The translations under genes were made by a program, and so were the position numbers. A model generated the notes under the pieces. It had not been told where the DNA came from and made no database searches. It saw nothing but the letters and a program-made list of their open reading frames with translations. DNA of 64,000 nt, from assembly GCF_006345805.1 (NCBI RefSeq), contig NC_043006.1, forward strand, positions 99,448,001 through 99,512,000. Reading direction: 5' to 3'. Below are positions 25,531 through 38,448 of the stretch, piece after piece (position 1 is the stretch's first letter; each line of letters begins with the position of its first letter). The stretch is from Octopus sinensis (Eukaryota).

Positions 25531-27589
25531 AAGGTATGGAAATTTTAGAAGGAGAAACATTACAGTTTACGAGGAATAATATTCAGTTTATATGGAATAA
25601 AATAGATGAAAAAATAGTAAAGTAGAAGAATAAAGTATAAAAGTAGTTAAATTGAATATAGGCAGGAGAATAATGTTCACAACTCATCTTTTTACAGAGT
25701 TTATGGATGCGTGTCGGTACATCCATAAGGGTAAAAGGTTTTATTTAAAATCCCAGGTAAATCCAGGCAGTCTAACTAAAACTGTAAATTTTCCCCTTCT
25801 AAAATATTCCTACCCAGTCTCTGATGACGGAATGCCCTGTGCACAGACATACTAACCAAGAAACGACTGTGTGACTTCAAATACACCTTACCCTAATTTG
25901 CTTATTCTAAAAGCCTTGGCTTTGATTGTTCCTCATATATATATGTGCGTGTGTGTATGCGTGCATGCATGTGTGTATATTGCATGTGTGTATGTGTATA
26001 CCCGCGCGATTTTTAAGTTTTTGTGTGTCTGTGCGCGCGCGTGCATGCGTGCATGTATGATCGCGCGTGTGTGTGCGGGGCTGCACTATTTTTGTTGTCG
26101 ATGATGGTGAATAATGTCATATTTTTTGCAAGACTAGTAATCCTTTAATTACGTCAAAGAAATCGTTTTGTCTATATATTCGTATACGTGCGCAATTCTG
26201 CAATTTTATCACACAACAGCATAATGAAAACCGGAGAATGATTGAAAGTTTTCAGACAGTAATATGTGGCTATCACAAACTGAATACATGAACAATATGT
26301 TTTTGTCACATCGCTGATATAATATGTAATTTTCGCATGCTTCACCATCTAAAAGCTGTTGCTATTTAAATTCATTCAATCACTCTGACAGTTTGTCTTC
26401 ATCAGTTATATGTACCAGACATCATACCAAACACGATTCAATTTTAGTTCTAAGATCTCCCAATTAATCTTCATCAATAATCTAACCAGTAAAGGTACCT
26501 CTACGAATTACGTTGACTACTAATCGTAGTTACTAAATCTTCATAATATTAAACACATTTGGTGATATTTTCGATAATATCCCGCTAAAATTTGGGGATA
26601 GCCATAATAGGAACGTCATTCAATATGGGCCTGCCTGATTGAAACGACGCTAAAATACTGCAAATATCATAACTACGCTCTGTGCTTTTTTTTTGTCGCT
26701 TAATCACTGAGATATTTTTAATGATGTCACTTGCGTAGTCAGCAACGGACGCCGACCATCCTGCACATTATAGTAAGGGATATGTGGTAAGGGATAAGCC
26801 TTGGACTATATTATACAATCTTACTCACGGTACGTGTTGTGAATATGTATCAGAAGGTCGATCATCGATTTTCTCACTACTAATTAATCCAAGCTAAAAT
26901 ACCCTTGCCTAAACCTAAGCATCATTTGTATGCACCGTCTGCAAAGAGGTTGGGAATAAATGTCTTGCAGCAGACAAGAGTGCGAGTTGGTTATTTTTCA
27001 TAATCAGCTCACACTCTTCCAAAATGCTCTTCCGGAACAGCAATGGCTGGGATACAACCGACTCCAACGTGAGAGAAAATATATTCTGTACCCGCCTTTG
27101 TTCAGAAGATTTTGGATGGGGGATGAGACTGGAAGGATTGAAAACATTTTCATCTTTGATCCAGGCCTCACCATTTTTTCAGGTACCCTCGAAAACCGCA
27201 AAAATGAGGAAATTGAAGAAATATGAGGAAGTCAGGTAACGATACACAAAGAACATATGACAAGGGGGAAATCAATGCAATGCCATGGCCTGTCAGCGTG
27301 ACCCATCTTCCCTCGGTCTTCCTGGTTCTTCTGGGTGTTACTCCGTTTATATGGAACACATGTGGTGGCCCTTAATTACTACAATTAAAATTCCGCCGAG
27401 GACAACTTTACTCTTTATGCTTTTGGGCCTGATAAAATAAGTACCAGTTAAATTGTTGTGTCGATGTAATTGAGTCATTCCTTCATTTGTGTAAAAAATA
27501 TAAAAATATAGTTACTATTTTTTTCTCTTTATCACAGGATTTATTGGAGCTGCTGGAGTCTTTCATGCCTACGCTACCATGCTATTCGT

Positions 27590-28185
27590 TCTTTTCAGTT
27601 ATCTAATACTTTCCTTATTCCACCCGTGCCAAGTAGGCAAACTTTTTGTAACAATTCTCATGGGCACTCTCTTTCAATTTCCTTAATACTCCTCTTGATG
27701 CCTATCGTACTGTTCCCAAGTTCCTAACAATAATTGGCACTATCTTCATCTTCTTCATTTCCCATAGCCGGGCTATATCGTACTTAAGAGGGTTATATCT
27801 ATCTTTTTGCCTTCCTTCTTGACTATTCGTAGGCCAAATGGGCAGGAAATGTCATCTATATAGCATATGGGGTACACTATTGTCAAACATCACTATGTGT
27901 AGTCTTTTATACTTTAGGCCCTGATCTGCTTAGTTTGGGAAATCCCAGAGGATTTTTCTCGTCTCCGACGCTTTCACTCTTTGCGGTTTGTGCTCATACA
28001 ACGTCTTCCTTCTCACTAGCCTCCACTTTTTGCACATTTTCCAATGTAGATCTTTCGCTACCTAATCATGTTGTCACAACTGGTTGAGGTTTTATGCATG
28101 TCTAGGGTATGCATTCGTGATGTCGGTAATGGTTTCCTCCACTTTATTGCAGATGCGGTACAACGGAGACACTTTCTCATTTCTG
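27590..28185 (-). mobile_element. Old Dong/R4-like LINE 3' relic (different subfamily)
   Basis: rc YRICNKVEET, HWKMCKK, YEHKP, KILWDF, IARLWEMKK..IVPII. Confidence 0.7.
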
Positions 28186-29171
28186 AGGATTCATGATGCA
28201 CCATCCAAAATCTGACATAGAAAGGCTATATATACAACGTATAGAAGGTGGTAGAAGCCTTCTACAGCTAGCAGAGTATTACAAAACAACTACCATAGGA
28301 CTGAAAAGATACCAACTTCACAAGCAAGGAAAATTAATACAAATAGCCACAAAACACGTGCAAACCAGAAAACTGTTTTTAGTCTTTAAGGAAGCAGATA
28401 AAGGCAAACAATAAGTCATGCTACCTAACAACTATGAAGAAAAAGAAGAAAACCTGTAAAACAAATGAAATCCAAAATAAAACTATAACAGCAATGGATC
28501 AGGATAAAACGATGGCAAGAAAAGCCCCTTCGTGACAAATAATGGGCTAAAAGAAACAGACATAGCAAAATCTCAGCAATGGCTGAGAAGCTCAGGAATC
28601 AAAGCAGAGACAGAAGGATTTTTAATTGCAGCACAAGACCAAAGCCACCCCACGGGAACTTACCAAGAACACAGAATGAAAAGAAACATAACAGGTAGCT
28701 GCAGAATATGTGAAGATGGACAGGAAACAATAAATCATACTGTCTCTGGCTGCTCAGTCCTGGCTAAGAAGGAAGATATTCACAGATATGACAAAGTTGG
28801 GACCTACATACACTGGAAGCTAGGCCAACACTATGGAATAACCGAAAAAAGATGGTATAAGCACAAACCAGAAAAGGTGACAGAAAATGAGAAAGCAACA
28901 ATACTATGGGATATGCCAATACAAAAAGCTACAGAAATTAAAGCCAAACGGCCAGTTATCATTGTCAGAGATCACTATGAAAATAAATGCTTTCTAATTG
29001 ATGTATCAATACCAGCGGATGACAACGTGTCTCTAAAAGAAATGGAGAAACATTCAAAATACAAGGACCTGAAGACTCGAATATGGACATACCACAGCAC
29101 ATACCCAAGTCACACAGAGCTGCGCTCGGTAGTGAAGCAATAGCACGTTATAAAAATAAAACTACTGAACG
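28186..29171 (+). mobile_element. Dong/R4-like LINE 3' fragment
   Basis: MHHPKSDIERLY, ETEGFLIAAQDQ, CRIC..ETINH, KYKDL; 3' UTR followed by (TAA)n at 29172-29212. Confidence 0.9.
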
Positions 29172-29212
<41 letters not shown>

Positions 29213-29214
<2 letters not shown>

Positions 29215-29768
29215 ATACCTCGATGCAGTACCAGGCAGTGGCCCTCGTGGCTGCTGATCTTAACTGATTGGAAGTGTTATCATGTACATTGTTTTGTTTT
29301 GGTATAAAAGATGGGCTACAGCAAATATTCCGCTCAATAACACAGATTTGCTTGTCAGTTGTTTGACCTTAACCAGTTGAGCATGTCCTTCAGTGGCTGA
29401 CGATATGTGCATACCTGATCACGAGCAGAAGTAGTGGGGCATCATCAACGCCATGTGTTGAGAGGGATTCTCTGGGATTTGAATAATTCACCTCTGGAAA
29501 CATGGGTGTTTCGTTTAACATCCTTAAACAACCCTTATTCAGGGACCTGTTGAGCTGGATGGGTTACTCGACCTCACGAAAATTCTAACTGGGCCCCACC
29601 TGCAAGGTCATGTGCTGTTTATCTTGATATGAGATCACCAGGTCTCGCATATATGTTTGATGCATGTGTCTAGTGTACCCTTATCAGACGGGTAGTCATG
29701 ATGTGTATACTGGGCTTCGTATATTTTACCCCAGTGTCACTTTGATGGCATTCATTGCTCTTTCACTC
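29213..29768. repeat. ~560-bp non-coding segment flanked by TAA repeats (probable unclassified insertion)
   Basis: Higher-complexity block with (TAA)n on both sides and no usable ORF. Confidence 0.35.
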
Positions 29769-30164
29769 AATAATAATAATGATAATAATAGTAATAATGA
29801 AGATGATGGTAAGGAGCTCCCCACCCAAAAACAAATCGAATGGGATAAAGGAAACTGTGGAAGAATTGAAGGGAAAAGTCTTTTAACGAAAATAATCACA
29901 AAAACGGAATTTTACTGCAATACAAAAAACATTTTATTCTATGCGTGATGTCGCAGTGAAATATGCGAGAAACACGCAAGTGAGATCAACACCAGAAACC
30001 TTGTAAATTATAAAATATAAATGGAACAAAACACTAAGTGCATAGATTGAGTAATTACACTTACAGTCGAATATCTACTCAATCATATATAAATGTTAAT
30101 ACCTATATGACTACACATACATCCCAATGTTTACATCCCAATGTTTATGCAACTATTATAACTA

Positions 30165-32025
30165 TAGACCAGCGCAGGGCTGATGAAAATGCAATGATGA
30201 TTGAAAGAGTTAATGTAACTGTTAAGCAAAGTGAATTGCTCTCTGAAAAACCATAAAAACTAAGGTATATGTAAATCAAATAGAAGTTTGATTTTAAAAA
30301 TCAAATCACGACTGAATAGCTGAAGATCAAAGAGACCAGCATGAATGAATGCCACACTGTCCCAAAAATTCGCTATTCTAACCAAAAATTGAAGATAATT
30401 GGTAAAATCTTCTTTGCAATGAAGGATACATTTCAGCTAATGATGTTGATATTGCAGATCTCAACCACCTGCACTATGCATCCGGGTAAATCTGAATGAT
30501 TCTATGTGGTGAAAAGATTTGAAAATGACAACATTCTTAGAAAAATGCGTTCTTGGCAAGAGGGAATTCAACACCAAATTCAGCTACTTATGTCTGACGT
30601 AGAATGTTTAAAAACCTTAAGCTTGACAAGACTATCAAATCAACAAAAGCCTGAAAATTAAAGAAAAAATAAAATATGAAAACCATATCTAACATCGATA
30701 CCACCACAGAAAACATCAGTCAAAAGGTATGTGCTAAAGCTGCCCACATAGTAAGGTATGAAAAGCGCGTTAGATTCTTCAAGAACAACAGCAGTTTAAA
30801 ATATAGCCCAAAAAGGTTTTACAGGAAGACAGAGGAAATACCAATTGCAGTAAAGTATGCCCCATCTAAAGAAGTGCAGGAATTTTGGAATACAATTTCG
30901 GCAGAAGAAAAAAACACAAAATGAAAAGGCTCCTTTGTATTGATAGAATATCCGCAGTCTCAAACTCCTTAGAAGAGCAAACGTGGGAGAGTATCAAGGT
31001 AGATCTGCTCTCAGGAAGTCTCCAGCAAAGGATAAAATTCGTAAGTTCTGGTTGAATGCATTCCAAAAGTGAGCCATGACCTGCTAACAAGACTTTAAAA
31101 CAATGTTTTGCAACAATCTAGTATGATTCCCTCTTGGCTAGTTTATGTTCTAACATTCCTGTTTCCAAAAAATGAGGAACCAAATGAACCAAAAAATTAT
31201 GGACCCATAACATGCTTAACAACAATGAATAAAATACTAACAAGTGTCGTGACTGAATATACATATATTTCGTTAATAGAAAATAGCATATTCCCTAACG
31301 AGCACAAAGGATGGAAATGTGGCTTCCATCGTTGTAAAGATCAGCGTGTCATCAATAAGATGGTCTTGGATGATCGTTACAAACGACACAAAAACTTTTC
31401 GATAGCTTGAATAGAGTATAAAAAAGCTTTTGATAGTCTACCACACAGCACGATTAAGAAATGTTTGGAAATGTATAAAATAGCACCTATTTTGCAAACC
31501 CACTTGTCTGTAAGTATGAGATCATGGAGAACGACACTGACTTTAAACAGTGACACTGAATCTCTTAATACTGGAGATGTAAGAATTTCAGGTGGCATTT
31601 TCCAGTGTGACTCGCTATCACTACTCCTCTTTTGTCTAGTCTTAATCCCTCTCTTGTAATTGCTCATTGATATACAATACTGTTATATAATGTTTGCTAA
31701 AAATATAAATCATCTCATTTACATGGATGATTTAAAGCTCTTTGCAAAAAATGACCAACAAACTACTGGGTTTAGTAGAGATTGTTAAACAATTCAAGCA
31801 GGACATCAGGATGCAATTTGGCATCGATAAATGTGCAAAAGCTACCTTTATCAAAAGTAATATGACAGAAATATCTAACAGTAATCTTTACCACCATAAT
31901 GTCATAAAGGAGTTAGAACTAGCGGAGAGCTAAAAAATACCCAAGGATATTTTAAGGGGACGGAATCAAACATTCAGTGACGAGGGAAAGGATCAGAAGT
32001 GAATGTTATCGCAGGCTAAGAATAC
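30165..32025 (+). mobile_element. Decayed Dong/R4 LINE, N-terminus through RT
   Basis: Colinear with 14090-14475 then with rc of 12975-11380 (EPKNYGPITCL, IFQCDSLSLLLF, YMDD). Confidence 0.9.
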
Positions 32026-32165
32026 GTTAGGAATGAGAACCCAGGTTCGAAATTTCCCCAAAACACCCGAGGAAATCTGGAGGGTATATCAGCCGAAACG
32101 TTGTATTAACAACATAAAGATGAGGACAAATATCCGTCGAATGTAAATAATGTAAATAATGTAAA
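32026..32165 (+). mobile_element. PLE-type terminal remnant ending in (TGTAAATAA)n
   Basis: ctggagggtatatcagccgaaacgttg; similar to 1725-1810. Confidence 0.45.
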
Positions 32166-32500
32166 TAATGTACCTTCCGGAGTATTCGAGCGGTTCCAAG
32201 CAGTACTGGTTTTTGCAAATGCTCTAACATTATTGCTGCCCCTATTTTTTCCACGTACGTCTCGAGATGTTTGCTCATTGTTCCCAGGGATCCGAGAATT
32301 ATTGGTACTACTGCTACCTTTTTCATCGACCACATCTGCTTAACTTCCCAAGCTAACCTGTCATATCTCTCGAATTTTCTGTTTCTTATCGCATGCCTTG
32401 TTGTCAGATGGGCATGCTATGTCTATAATCCAGAATTGTTTGTTTTCTTTCTCAATTAGGACTATATCCGGCTTCCTATTCTCTATCTCATGGTTGCATT
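32166..32500 (-). mobile_element. Dong/R4-like LINE extreme 3' fragment abutting (ATT)n
   Basis: rc KPDIVLIE..IIDIACP..WEVKQMWSMKKVAVVPIILGSLG..LLGTARILRKV; (ATT)n at 32503-32556. Confidence 0.8.
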
Positions 32501-32502
32501 TC

Positions 32503-32556
<54 letters not shown>

Positions 32557-33119
32557 CAATGTTGATTATTTTAATTTGCATCATTTACCGGGCTACACCC
32601 AGCGCTTTGAGGCAAGTGAAGATTAAGAGATGTTGAAATATAACTGAAAGCTTGGCAAGGGGGAGTAGCGATGACACTAGAGAAATACCTCCTTATTAAA
32701 GAACAAAACATTCATTTTCTCCGCCTTTACGTTCTCAGTTGAACTTTCACTGGAGTCAGCATTGTCTTTCGTTTATTTGGAGAGCTGGTGAGAAAATAAG
32801 AACCAGTTGGATATGAAATCGAAGTAATTGATTTATTCCTCTTTCCTAGTCGCCGACCTTGCACCAAAATTAGAAACCGTAAATAGTAGCACTCATTCTG
32901 TTGGTGAAACTATTGTTACTAATCTTTCTTGTACTCCAACACGCACAACTAATTCTAATGCCAAATCTAACGTTTAAATTATGGCTTCTTTAGGTCCAAC
33001 ACGTTTTTTCTTATCTCATTCCCTTCCTACTTTCTTCTATTTCAACTTTTTTTATATTGTATTGCAACATCCACATGGATATCATGGGATCGTTATCCTT
33101 CACTCTCACAATTATCACC

Positions 33120-33340
33120 ATCATTATCCAAAAAAACCTATAACATAATCATTACCATCGTCATTACCATCATTATCCTTATCCATCATTCTTGTCATTC
33201 TTTTTACATCGAGGAGGATCAATATGTCTGTCATCATAACAATGTCCATAACCATATAGACGATCCTCAGCACATCTGTGACTGCTGCCACCAACTTCAC
33301 CATTGTTACGTCTACAGTCATCATTATCACCATCATCATT

Positions 33341-33374
<34 letters not shown>

Positions 33375-33385
33375 CCATCACCATT

Positions 33386-33455
<70 letters not shown>

Positions 33456-33510
33456 CCATCATCATCGTCATCACTCTGATCACCACCGACTTCATCAACA
33501 TCATTATCAC
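33120..33510. repeat. (CAT)n microsatellite, degenerate edges
   Basis: Direct reading. Confidence 0.95.
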
Positions 33511-33584
33511 TCATCTTGAATGTTATTTCAATTTTGTATTTCAGTCTAGCGTTATTTTCCAACCATTTGTCTACCTAGATGTCT

Positions 33585-35545
33585 TGCAAACAACTTGCAC
33601 ATGCAAGTGCTACCAGTTAAAAAGCTCCGTATATCGGAAGCTAGCAAGTGTATGGGGTCATCAGGAGAGAATGCGCGCCGTTTCGGGGCCTACCTCTCGA
33701 CGGCATCAATGCGCACCGGCCCCCTTCACTGATATGAGGCCCCACTTGCTAGATCAGCTGGTTATGAAGAACTCAATATACTTCTAACCATCGCTCATCG
33801 TCTCTTTTTAACCAAATCCAGTGGCTAGCCTTCTCCACTGTAGATTGGATATCAGTCATGGTGGTATTGACTTTACGATGAGTTAGGCCTAACGATAACA
33901 ACAGTCGTCTCACGCTGTGTCCTACAAACCCTCTACATCCGACTTCGATAGGAAAATGTTCCGCTTTCCAGCCTGCGTCTTCACATTCCTCGAGGAGGTT
34001 TTCATAACGGTTTAATTTTCGAGCTCGAGCGGCGTCCATATTAACTCCGTGAGGAACCGTTAGCTCGACTATATTTACAACTTTCTTTCTTTCACACCAC
34101 ATCAAAATATCTGGTTTTTTCGAAACTGGGATGGGAAAGAAAACCTGGCACCCAGGTAAATCTGCAGTTACCTCCCAATAGCCGTTCCACTTTTCATTTT
34201 TCTCAGGAAGTTTCTTGGTCTTCTTCTTGAAACGGATCTGCTGACCTGGTCGCACGAAGGTAATGAACTCTCTTGATGGTACTTTTAACGATTTTTCCTC
34301 AGTGTTGTTGAGATGAATTTGGTTCTTTATAGCATTGAAGATAACCTTAAGGGCCAAGTTGTGCCTCCATGTGTACCTGTTCAATGCTAATGAACAGTTG
34401 GAAAGAATATATTTTAGTGTACCGACTTTTCCACATTTGCAGATGTCATTCTCTAAGACGTTCCATCTTACTAGATTCGTAAGTGATGGCAAAACATCAT
34501 CATAAGATGAACGAATCAGGAAACTCAGCCGAGATGTCGTCCACTTCCACATCTCATCCCAACTTATCTTCCTCTCAACAACATGTTCTTCCCATCTCGT
34601 CATCTGACCTTGATAAACACATCGGATCAAATGAAGCTCTCTTCTCTCTGCTTCTCTTGTTTTGACGCTGTTGCTAACAACAGATCTGCGTTCACACGGC
34701 ATCATGCATGCAAACGGTCTGAACTGATCTGCGCCAGCACCAAATCCTTTCCTATGGCTCTGCGTTGCTCCCAGCATATCTCTGTGTATAGGAGAAGGCA
34801 AGATATTGTCAGTTTCTGCTTCTGCTTTCCACTTCCTGGCTGTTTTCACTCTGGTGGGTTACGCTTATTTCCATATCCTTCGATTCTCTCAGCATCATGA
34901 CCGTCCGTATCTTCCCCAACTTATATATTTCGACTATTGATGCTATTGGTAACTGCAACGAACCTCTTTTACTGTTCAACATACGAGGTAGACCTAGCCA
35001 CTTTCTCATGAACACATTACATTTCTTCAACTCGTGACTTTGCTACTTCGTATATTAAAAGTGGCCACGCAAGTCGCGGGTACAAGCCGAACTGCAAGCA
35101 CCAAATTTTATATTTACCTGGTAACTTCGAAACATCAATCGCTGATAACCCAGCCTCGGCCTATTTCATAATTTCAATCCCACGACTTCTGTCTGACAAT
35201 GTTCCAGCGTATACTCGTCCCAAGCTCTTGACGGGCTATTCCTTGACTGTTGGAATGCTTTCTTCAGATATTCGAAATTTAAATTATTTCTGCACTCCCT
35301 TAACAAATGTCAGACTACGCGACTTTCTTGCTCTAAATCGCATCCTTGGCCACCTTACAAGTTCGTCTAATCTCAAAAGGGCATTCTGCATGATTTGTTT
35401 ATCTGTAGCTAGAAGTGTCACGTCATCCATGAAGGCTTTCTTAGGCGATTGCACATGGGCGATTTGTTCCGAAAAATCTACACCTTTCAAAATCAACTCC
35501 ATGACTAAGATAAACCACGTGACAGATATTATACAGCCAATAAAG
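33585..35545 (-). mobile_element. HERO-like REL-endonuclease LINE, 5'-truncated
   Basis: AFMDD RT motif; QG.MTRWE, RLSFLIRS.YD.LPS..NL, GTLKYILSNC, RYTWRHN, KPDI, VELTVP, PIEVGCRGF. Confidence 0.85.
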
Positions 35546-36071
35546 TAGAAAGATAGATGGATGCGTGCATGGAAAAAGTTACGTACGTAAAGAAAAGATA
35601 GAGATAGTATTCCTCTTTCTAATAACAGAGACATTAAACATATAGAAATAAGAAAGGATAGGTGAAGACAGACAGGGAGAGAGACAGATAAATATAGAGA
35701 AAGGGTAAGACAGAGTGGGAAGGAACAGGCAGCTGGTGTTCAATCAAGGGAGGTAAGCAGAGAGAAACTGATACATACAATGGATCGAAGGATGCAATGA
35801 TAGAATGATAAAGGGATGTGAAGGTGGAAATTATTTATAGTACAAGTACAAAGAGAGTTATGTAATAAGTGTAGACAAAGACAGCACAGCACAAAGTTGG
35901 AAATAGAAAAAAGTATAAACGATAAACAATTAAATAAGTAGAGAGTCCTTTCGGGCAATCTTGAAGAAAACATTTTTTTTTTTAAATCAGATGGTGCTGG
36001 AATTATATCTTAGACAATGAGGAGTTAGATGCAAATGGGTATCAAGAGAAACACATAGAATGTTACAGGAT

Positions 36072-36465
36072 GTGGAGGCGCAATGGCCCAGTGGTTAGGG
36101 CAGCGGACTCGTGGTCATAGGATCGCGGTTTCGATTCCCAGACCGGGCGTTGTGAGTGTTTATTGAGCGAAAACACCTAAAGCTCCACGAGGCTCCGGCA
36201 GGGGATGGTGGTGATCCCTGCTGTACTCTTTCACCACAACTTTCTCTCACTCTTACTTCCTGTTTCTGTTGTACCCCTATTTCAAAGGACCGGCCTTGTC
36301 ACTCTCTGTGTCACGCTGAATATCCGCGAGAACTACGTTAAGGGTACACGTGTCTGTGGAGTGCTCAGCCACTTACACGTTAATTTCACGAGCAGGCTGT
36401 TCCGTTGATTCGGATCAACCGGAACCCTCGTCGTCGTAACCGACGAAGTGATTCCAACAACAGTT
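36072..36465 (+). mobile_element. tRNA-derived SINE, third family, tail type B
   Basis: First ~190 bp match 20567; different 3' half. Confidence 0.85.
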
Positions 36466-36756
36466 ACAGGGTGTGTTATGTTAAGCGAGAACTAAAGGAC
36501 AGAAACTGATGAGGAAGACAGACGGTGTCAGAAAGACAAAAGGAGTGAGAAAGAGGCAGAAGTGGAGAGGCTGCTGCCGTGATAAGCAGTGTGAGAAGTG
36601 GTGGATCGAAGAGGATTAGGGAGAAATAGAATCAAAGTAGGGAGGAAAGTAGAAAAATGGACGCGGCATCCATTGAAAAGAAGGTACACAAATAAGGAAA
36701 GAGCCAAAGATAGTATTCTGTTAAAACTGTAGAAAGAGAAACCAATAGGGGAGTAA

Positions 36757-37055
36757 TCTTTATATATAAAAGTAAGGTTGTGTGCTGTCTTTCTCCTACG
36801 ATTTAGATTCCTAACTACTCCCACATTTTGCGGTGCAGTTTAACCAAAACCGGGTATCTTATAGTCGTGATTCATATCAAGCCCTTCTGGGTAGTAGCGC
36901 GCGTCTGCGATGAGTCTACGATTTTAAAAAAATTACCATCATTTTTTTTTCCATTTTTAATGCATTTTTTGGCTATATTTTGGCTATAACTCTCTAAAAA
37001 TGCTTATATAGTTATTTCCCTTACAAACCCGAGCAACGCCGGGAGATACTGTTAG
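36757..37055 (+). mobile_element. Non-autonomous Helitron-type element
   Basis: A|TC 5' end, subterminal hairpin CCCG-A-GC-AAC-GC-CGGG (37028-37043), 3' TTAG|T (degenerate CTAG), no TSD. Confidence 0.7.
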
Positions 37056-38295
37056 TATTTAACTAATTAGAAAGGATAGAGAAATATAGAAGTGGGGAAA
37101 CATACAGAGAGATTGACATGTTAATGCACTGTAAGGGGGAGAATTATCTGTCGTTCGATCGGGAAAACGAAGTGTTCTCAAATTAGCAAATAGGTAAAAA
37201 TCGGACTCGTAGACCGGTGAAAGCAAAGAAGAAAAAAAGATAGCTTAAAAACAAGAACTTACTTGGCGGGTATGGGAGAAAGAGGCAGTAAACAAATACC
37301 AGAAAGTTAGAACAAAGATAGAATTGGGTAGAGCCGTTGCATATTTAAATAGAGTGGGAAGCGACAGCTAGATAGAAAGATCGGAAGATAAATGGATGAA
37401 AACGTAGTAAGATGCATAATTAGAAAAAAATGTACGAATACAGTAACAATAATATATAACTGTGTATGTGTGTGTTCGTTTGTTTTTGTTTGTGTGTGTG
37501 TGTGTATGTGTGTGTGCGTGAGCGTTCACGTGTTGTCATAGTGGAATGATGTATCGCTACATGCGTGTCATAAGTTATTTCTATTCTCCTGCCGATTAAA
37601 ATGGCTACGCCTCACCTTGCAGTTCAAAGCTTAAAATATTAGCATTGCATTATATGGAGGCAGGTATAGACAGCAAAATGTTTCAGTCGATAAAGCAACA
37701 TGAACGAATATAATGATATTTTTTCACCAAATAATATTACAACGTTTAGCTCATTCCATTAATGGAAATTAATAAATTAATACTGGTTTCAAATTGACAC
37801 AAGGCCAGCAATTTCAGGGGCAGTAGCTCATCGATTACATCGAACCCATCACTCAATTACTTCTTATTCTATTCACACCAGAAGAGTGAAAGGCGGCATT
37901 TTGAACTAAGGATTCTAACGAAATTATCCACGCGGAAACAATTCAGGCAGTTCGCATCGTCTTATTAAATTAATATTCAGAATGACGTAACAGGTCCGAT
38001 TCTCTCCGCATTGTTCAACATGGTATAGAAGTTTCAACTTTTGGCACAATGCCAGCATACTCACCTGAAGGCGTCTCTATGGGCAGCTATTGTTGGATTA
38101 CATTAACACAATAAGGTGTATAATATATGTATAACGTTCAGCAATAACCAGCTTGTAACGATGTGCCGAAATAATGGTGGCAGTTTGTAATTAAGTCTGT
38201 TCATTCCACCTTCTCGTATTAAAATTCTTTTGCATAGACTCTACGGATACATCCGGATTTCCACATGTTTATCCAGTTCAACTCTATGATAATAT

Positions 38296-38364
<69 letters not shown>

Positions 38365-38385
38365 ATGTTACATTACTCGTAGTCA

Positions 38386-38448
38386 AGATAAAACTCTGAG
38401 TTTCAGATGCCGAAGTGGAAATCCACAACACCATCTCTTCGGTTATCT
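38386..38448 (-). ncRNA. Hammerhead-like fold (mirror of 40446-40508)
   Basis: Lies in the inverted pLTR. Confidence 0.5.

Noticed and set aside
26940-27359. Overlapping short ORFs of higher complexity
   Set aside because: No recognisable domain on either strand.
30165-32500. Plus-strand Dong body followed by a minus-strand Dong 3' end as a second twin-priming case
   Set aside because: The pieces are convergent, come from different subfamilies and are separated by a PLE remnant. The 27590/28186 pair also differs in age and overlaps in element coordinates.
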